A stretch of 55,508 nucleotides of DNA, the filler included, from Jimgerdemannia flammicorona (Eukaryota): assembly GCA_003990765.1 (NCBI GenBank). It is 2 parts of 2 records of this genome, joined end to end, with 100 filler letters (N's around TTAATTAATTAA, not from the genome) between each part and the next. Parts side by side here need not be neighbours in the genome. Positions count along the whole stretch, not along the records: positions 27,814 to 55,508 come from RBNJ01000613.1; 1 more part is not named here. One strand, written 5' to 3'. This document shows positions 49,562-55,508 of this stretch, piece after piece (position 1 is the first letter of the stretch; every line of letters starts with the position of its first letter). Under the pieces are notes generated by a model. The model searched no databases and had not been told where the DNA came from. It saw only the letters and a program-made list of their open reading frames with translations. The position numbers were made by a program, and so were the translations under genes.

Positions 49562-50365
49562 ATATTATATCTAGTATACTAAGCAACTGAGATTGCTTTC
49601 TACTTTACTGCACCAACTTATATATTTAGCCAGAAATACCAGAAACAGTATGTTTACCTATACCAGCAGAATATACCATACTAAGTGAGTATACTATACT
49701 CAGTGGGTATACTGTACTATCTAGAAATACTTACTATAGATAGCAATCTATAGTTAGTAATATAGTAACCAGTAGCAACCACAACTGTATAAAATACCCC
49801 AAAGACAAGAGTGAATAAACCTAAGTCCAAAATTGAATCTAAAGTAAAAGACAAGTCTACCTACTATACTTCAAGAGAAACTCTATAGTCACTATTAGGA
49901 GATTGTGAGCAAAGCATTCCTTTTCTACTCTGATCTACTTTCTAATATAAAGAAGAGTTTTTTATATTTTTAGTTTACTTGCCAGATAAGTCTGAAATCT
50001 CCCTTACTATAAAGTCAGTCTATTGATACAACTTTACAGTGATTTACTCATATAAATAAAGTCAGTCTTTGATATAACTTTACCAAAAGAAGAGAATCTG
50101 AGTTATTGTTCAAGAAGCCCACCAATTCAGGAGAGTCTATGACATCTTGAGTTATCTAAGTTATTTGTGCCATCTGAGTTATTCATCTATAAGCCTGCTG
50201 ATTCAGAAGAATCTGTACCAAAATTGAGTCATCTACCAAAAACTACATAAGGAATACTGTCCAGATTATCATATAGAAATTGAGATCATTATACTATACA
50301 GAGGATCATCATGCAGAGATTACCACTACTCAAGAAGGAAACTACTAAATTGCCAGACTGTCATA
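49562..50365 (+). repeat. Solo LTR of an E1-related family, probably the insertion target of E4 (left piece 42788-42833)
   Basis: Matches the E1 LTR core (TATAAAATACCCC..GACAAGAGTGAATAAACC..GGAGATTGTGAGC..CAAGAAGCCCAC). A TGTGATG start at 42788 lies on the other side of E4. Boundaries are tentative. Confidence 0.7.
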
Positions 50366-51127
50366 TATAAGGAGTTTTTTTTTTTTATTATAAAATGAGT
50401 AGATAATAGTGGAAGAGTTTAGAGCAAGATGTAATACTATTATGGCAGATATGAAGGTTAGTGGTAAAAGGTCAAGTGGTAGAAAACAATAAGCTTATGT
50501 GAATTTTCATGATGGAATAAGGAAGCAGAATAAAGTGTTTTCTGAAGCAAGGTACAATAGATCTGCAACCCACTCACAGCACCACAATATGTGGTGGTCT
50601 TTATTCAAATTTGAGAACAAAGTTCAGATAAACAAAGACATGGATCTAACCCCAGAATTCTGGAATCAGAATAGTGCATAAGTACCCAGACCTTGCTCTG
50701 ATCCAAACAAAGATCAGAATCAGGCTTCATTGATCTACACATATGATAGACCATTAAAAACCTAATATAGAAACAATTGGGAAAAGGTACCAGTCATATG
50801 ATCTAATGTTACATATACATAAACAATACTAAAAATGGAACTAAACCAATGACTGTCATATGTTATCACATAATTGTTACTTATAGGTTTAAAAACCTAA
50901 AAATCATTAGCACCTGAAGGTGCAGGCATTAGGCCTAGAGCCTTATAACTGAAGCAGAGTAGAGCCTCAGTATTAGAGCAAGTGAAGTGAGCAGAGATAG
51001 ATAGGTGTCATAGAGTATAGGTATGCAGGCATCAGGTCTAGAGCCTCATGCCAGAGGTTGTTCAGTGATTTTTTGCATTTTTAAATATCACATGGCATGT
51101 ATGGGTGGTGCGGCCTTCAAGGAGGAC

Positions 51128-53100
51128 TTAGAGTGAAGCTGGTATTTGAGACAGCATTAAGAATAGTAAAACCATTCTTCTAGGCAATGATTGGTCATTG
51201 AGTGGTTGCAGGGAAACTAAAACAAAGAAAAGCAGTACATAGAGTCTTGTCAGGCTGTTGATGTAGCCATCAGGCCATGTCATATTAGATGACAAGCAAT
51301 GAGGGAGGGTAGAGTAGAGAATAGGGGGGTGGAAAATAAGGAGAGGGGTGAGAAGTAAAGTATGGACATCAAGCCAATCAACCAAACTCAATTGAGCAGT
51401 TACAACATCAATAGAGTATCCTTTCCTGTGAATCAGGAATTTAGCCAGAGATCAATACTCATCAAGTCAGTCATAGTGAAAAGAGCAGAGGAGTAATAGG
51501 CAGTAGGCCTTGTTTACAATATATTGATGGAGCATCTTCCTAGGATGATTGCTCAACCAGTCAACAAACTGAATACTATGTGGAAACTTAGCAAAACAGC
51601 TTGTATAGAATGGTGTGATCTGGATTTCCAGGTCCAGGTAGTGGTACAGTCTGGCAGACAAGACTTCCTATTTGATATGATGGTACAAGAGATAAATGGT
51701 ACCAAAGATTGCAGCCAAGTCCATGATCACAGGCATAAAGACAATTAAATCATCAATGTACTGATGGAACTTTAGTCTGGCTTCAATAGCTCGGCTCAGT
51801 GAATGGTCAGGTGCTTATAAGATATACAACTCATGAGTAAAACCAACAAGGTTGGTGAGATCCAGACACAATTTGTCCCTATAGCAATACCAGATATAGA
51901 GCAGAAGGAACCAATGGCAGATGTAAATGTTATACAGGTCATAACTATGCAGACAAGATTAAGAATGACTTTGAGTAGCAAAGAGCCAGAGGGGAAAGTC
52001 ATGGTCAACAGAAAGGTGAGGCAGTTGATATACTCATCTAATGTGATCCTGGTGTAGAATATGGCAAAATCCCCAGTAACAATGAAGGAACAAGCTGATA
52101 CATCTAGGTAATCTGATTGAACTAGTTGTAATAGTTCAAGCATATCATGTAGAGGTAAATAATACAAATAACCCACATTAAGGTGCAGATGAGCCAACCA
52201 CAGGTAGAGAAAGTGAGATAGGAAATGCAAAATCTCAGTCATGAAAGAGTTAAAAGTATCAATGATAGAGTACCATACCACTCATGCCTCTTTGTGTACC
52301 TTGAGCAGTGCATAAAATATGGACAACTTGCAATTATTGGGCTCTATGAGGTGTTCCCAAATCAGCATATAATTAGAATCACCAATACAGAACTCAAGTA
52401 GACTAAGCAGGTCTAGCCTCACCAATTCCTTAATATCATCAATTGTTAAGAAATCATTCATATATACAGGATCATGAAGGAGGGACCGAAGACCATTGAG
52501 ATACAGAGCATGTAGAATTATGGCAAACCCCAGATTTTTGTCAGTAAGACAGATAGTAAAGTCAGTATGAGTGTAGACATCTTTGAGAAGATGTCAGAAC
52601 TCCTTCAGTACAAGTGTGCCAGATACATTCATCATGGATCAGACAGCTTAATTAAGCATGGCACTCATATGAAGCATGATTTGCATATTTTCCATATAGT
52701 GTGGCAGTTGCTATTTAGATGGCACCTAGGTGGAGATCTCTGAGATATCATTGGGATTACCCATAGAGGTCCAGAAGGTGGCAAGGTCAAGATGCTGTTA
52801 GAATGACAACAACAAAATCAGATTAATAGTACTGTTCATCAAAGCCGACCCAGGGAGAACAAACTTAGGGCCAAAGTTCAGCATATACATAAGCTTAGGA
52901 GTAAGTCAAGGTGGAGGTATATCAGTAACAAAGCTCTTCTCAGTAAACATTTGAAACTAAGGGATGAAAAACTGACTTAAGCAAGAACCAGAAAGAGAAG
53001 ACATAAAGGCAAAATCCTGAATTGATGTTGAGACTGCTACCCCATGTAGAATGGGGACATCAGGGCCAAACCATGCTGCTGGGAAGTCATATAAGACTTC
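51128..53100 (-). pseudogene. Penelope-type reverse transcriptase
   Basis: LNFGPKFV (~52870), TDKNLG (~52535), VTGDFAIFYTRI, GIAIGTNC (from GIAMGT), QYIDD (51749-51763), YLDLEI...WLSNHP...RKGY thumb region. Confidence 0.88.
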
Positions 53101-53156
53101 TGAGCTGGGGACCTCTAGTTTTTTGAAACTAGAGAACAGACATCACTGGTATTATG

Positions 53157-54278
53157 TCAGACAACATGACATTTGGCAGTAGTACACTTGTTGCACTGCA
53201 GCACAAATACTCTGGCAGTACTCTTAGATAAGTAGCTCAAAGTCAACAAGTGGCTGGTCCTGGTAGAAGTGGAAGAAACAGATGGGGAAGGTGAAGCCTG
53301 ATATGCTTGCTTGACTCCTTTTACAGAACTCACTAATGTGGCAGAGGATAGGGGGCAAGGACCCTGGTGGGCCTTTGTAGGCACACCAAGGTGTCTAGAA
53401 CAGCTGTGGCAGTTTGATATAGTAGAGGCCAAAGTTGCACTCACCCCCTTAGCCTTTCCCGCAGCCCCTGCAGGCATGGTGATAGAGGATCGGGGAGTGG
53501 GGATACTCTTTTTCAATCAGGTAGAACTGGTAGCAGCAGAAGTAAATGTGCATTTAGCACCCAGAGTAACAACCTCAGGGTGCTTCTCAAGCTCCTCAAC
53601 TACAGCTTTGTGGGCAGTAGCAGAAATCCCATCTTGCAGAGATGAGGATGCAGGGATAGTCAGGCAGATGGCAGTGGCAGCAGCTTTGGCAGCAGTGGTG
53701 GTGGCAAGATGACAAGATTGATACATAATAATGTTATATCCTTAGAGGAGGAACAAGGTAGTCTTTGCTCATTCAGAGGCAGAAATAATGTAAACATTCT
53801 TATACAGTCCCTGAGTGACATCTTCAGGAATCCTGAAAAAATTGAGAGCTTCAGACGAGATACTCATGGTCTTGTCAATTTTAGCATACTGGTCCTTAGC
53901 ATGCTGGATGGCAGTGACATTATCAGTCATAGCAGCCTCAACCATGGCCATGGTGTGGCACTTGGCTTCTGCAGAAGTAGTAGCAAGGGCAGTACCATGC
54001 TGCTCCTCAGGAAGGACAGCAATTATAGCAGCAATCTTCTTGGAAGGAGTAAACTTCCAGTCAGCAACTTGGGCTCACAAAAAGTTGACATGGCATTCCT
54101 TTATGGCAGCAACCTCAATGGCAGAAAGCACTCCAGTACAAGCAGTACAGAAGAGAGAGGAGGGGATCTTGGCAGACATGGCAGTGACATAGGTGGCCAG
54201 GTTGTCAAACTCTATCAAATTGGTGAAAGAAGCAGAGGAGATGGCAGCATCACTATCTACATTCATATTATCTGTCAT
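53157..54278 (-). pseudogene. PLE upstream ORF (Ala-rich helical N-terminus, Ser/Pro/basic C-terminus)
   Basis: Same-frame pieces 54075-54278, 53769-53951, 53517-53726 and 53157-53516, separated by point stops. The ATG lies immediately inside the upstream pseudo-LTR. Confidence 0.7.
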
Positions 54279-55346
54279 ATTGTATATTATAAAATGAGTA
54301 GATAATAGTAGAAGAGTTTAGAGCAAGATGTGATACTTTTATAGTGGATATAAAGGTCAGCAGTAAAAGGTCAAGCAGTAGAAAACAATAAGCTTATATA
54401 AATTTTCATAATGGAATAAGGAAGTGGAATAAAGTGTTTTCTGAAGCAAGATACAATAAATCTGCAATCCACTCATGGCACCATAATATGTGGTGGTCTT
54501 TATTCAAATTTGAGAACAAAGTTCAGATAAACAAAGACACAGATCTAACCCCAGAATTCCGGAATCAAAATAGTGTATAAGTATCCAGACCTTGCCCTGA
54601 TCCAAACAAAGGTCTGAATCAGGCTTCATTGATCTACATACATGATAGGCTATTAAAAACCCAATATAGAAACAATCAGGAAAAGGTACTAGTCATATGA
54701 TCTAATGTTACACATATACAAACAATGCTAAAAACGGAACTAGACCAATGACTGTCATGTGTCATCACATGATTGTCACTTATAGGTTTAAAAATGCAAA
54801 AAATCACTGGACAACCTCTGGCATAAGGCTCTAGGCCTGATGTCTGCATACCTATACTCTATGATGCCTGTCTACCTCTGCTTACTTCACTCACTCTGGT
54901 GCCGAGGCTCTACTCTGCTCTGGTCACAAGGCTCTAGGCCTGATGCCTGCACCTTTGAGTACTGATGACTTTTAGGGATTTAAACCTATAAGTGACAATC
55001 ATGTGATGACATATGACAGTCATTAGTCTAGTTCCATTTTTAGTATCATTTGTATATATATAACATTAGATCACATAACTGGTATTTTTTCCCAATTATT
55101 TCTATATTGGGTTTTTAATGACCTGTTATGTATATAGATTGATGAAGTCTGATTCAGACCTTTGTTTAGATTGGGGCAAGGTCTGGGTACTTATGCACCA
55201 TTCTGATTCCAGAATTCTGGAGTTAGATTCATATCTTTGTTTATCTAAACTTTGTTCTCAAATTTGAATAAAGACTAATATATATTATAGTACCATGAGC
55301 GGGTTGTAGATCTATTGTACCTTGTTTCAGAAAACACTTTATTCTG

Positions 55347-55347
<1 letters not shown>

Positions 55348-55381
<34 letters not shown>

Positions 55382-55508
55382 GACTCTATGTTCTGCATAT
55401 TTTTATTAGATGGTAACTTAGACTATATTGACCATAACCCTCCCTCACCATCCATCAAGAACTTCTCGACCATTATCTTAGGCTATTTATGTTTTTCTTT
55501 TTTTTCAT
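55348..55508 (-). mobile_element. 3' end of a third, more diverged polyA-tailed non-LTR insert, truncated by the window edge
   Basis: Long polyT followed by GACTC...TTTTTATT.GA...AAC.TAGACTATAT...CACCATCCA, similar to 25300-25380. Confidence 0.7.

Larger units (their letters stand above)
50375..55348 (-). mobile_element. Penelope-like retroelement without GIY-YIG endonuclease, with direct and inverted pseudo-LTRs and a short polyA
   Basis: Direct repeat 50387-~50895 = 54286-~54793. Inverted copy 54788-55348 of 50522-51086. PLE-type RT motifs between them. T12 at 50375-50386. Confidence 0.88.

Noticed and set aside
54961..55000. CTGATGA-stem as a hammerhead ribozyme in the PLE
   Set aside because: Followed by GACA rather than GAAA, and CTGATGA is not conserved in the other copies.

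Overview
Repeat-dense eukaryotic window, most likely fungal (inferred from TE families, intron style and a RIP-like C->T/G->A decay pattern). An artificial N44-TTAATTAATTAA-N44 linker at 27714-27813 means the two halves may not be adjacent in the genome. There are four full-length, decayed Ty3/Gypsy LTR retrotransposons with paired LTRs, PPT, PBS (decayed in E3) and TSDs: E1 2112-11471 (+), E2 13292-22052 (-), E3 29047-35761 (-) and E4 42834-49557 (-). All four encode dUTPase. Also present: a 5'-truncated E3 sibling, LTR fragments, a copia remnant, hAT-type palindromic MITEs, polyA-tailed 1.2 kb non-LTR inserts, an endonuclease-less Penelope-like element with direct and inverted pseudo-LTRs, a hypermutated intron-containing histone H4 pseudogene and one CpG-retaining gene-like island. 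The most striking system is shared by E1, E2 and E4. Their layout is gag-PR-[CxH..CxxC module]-dUTPase-RT-RH, then integrase as a separate ORF with its own ATG (ATGA stop/start overlap in E1 and E4), then a homologous accessory ORF3 of unknown function. In E2 this ORF3 sits entirely inside the 1532-bp LTR with its own TATA box, and it is still an intact 280-aa frame in the 5' LTR.
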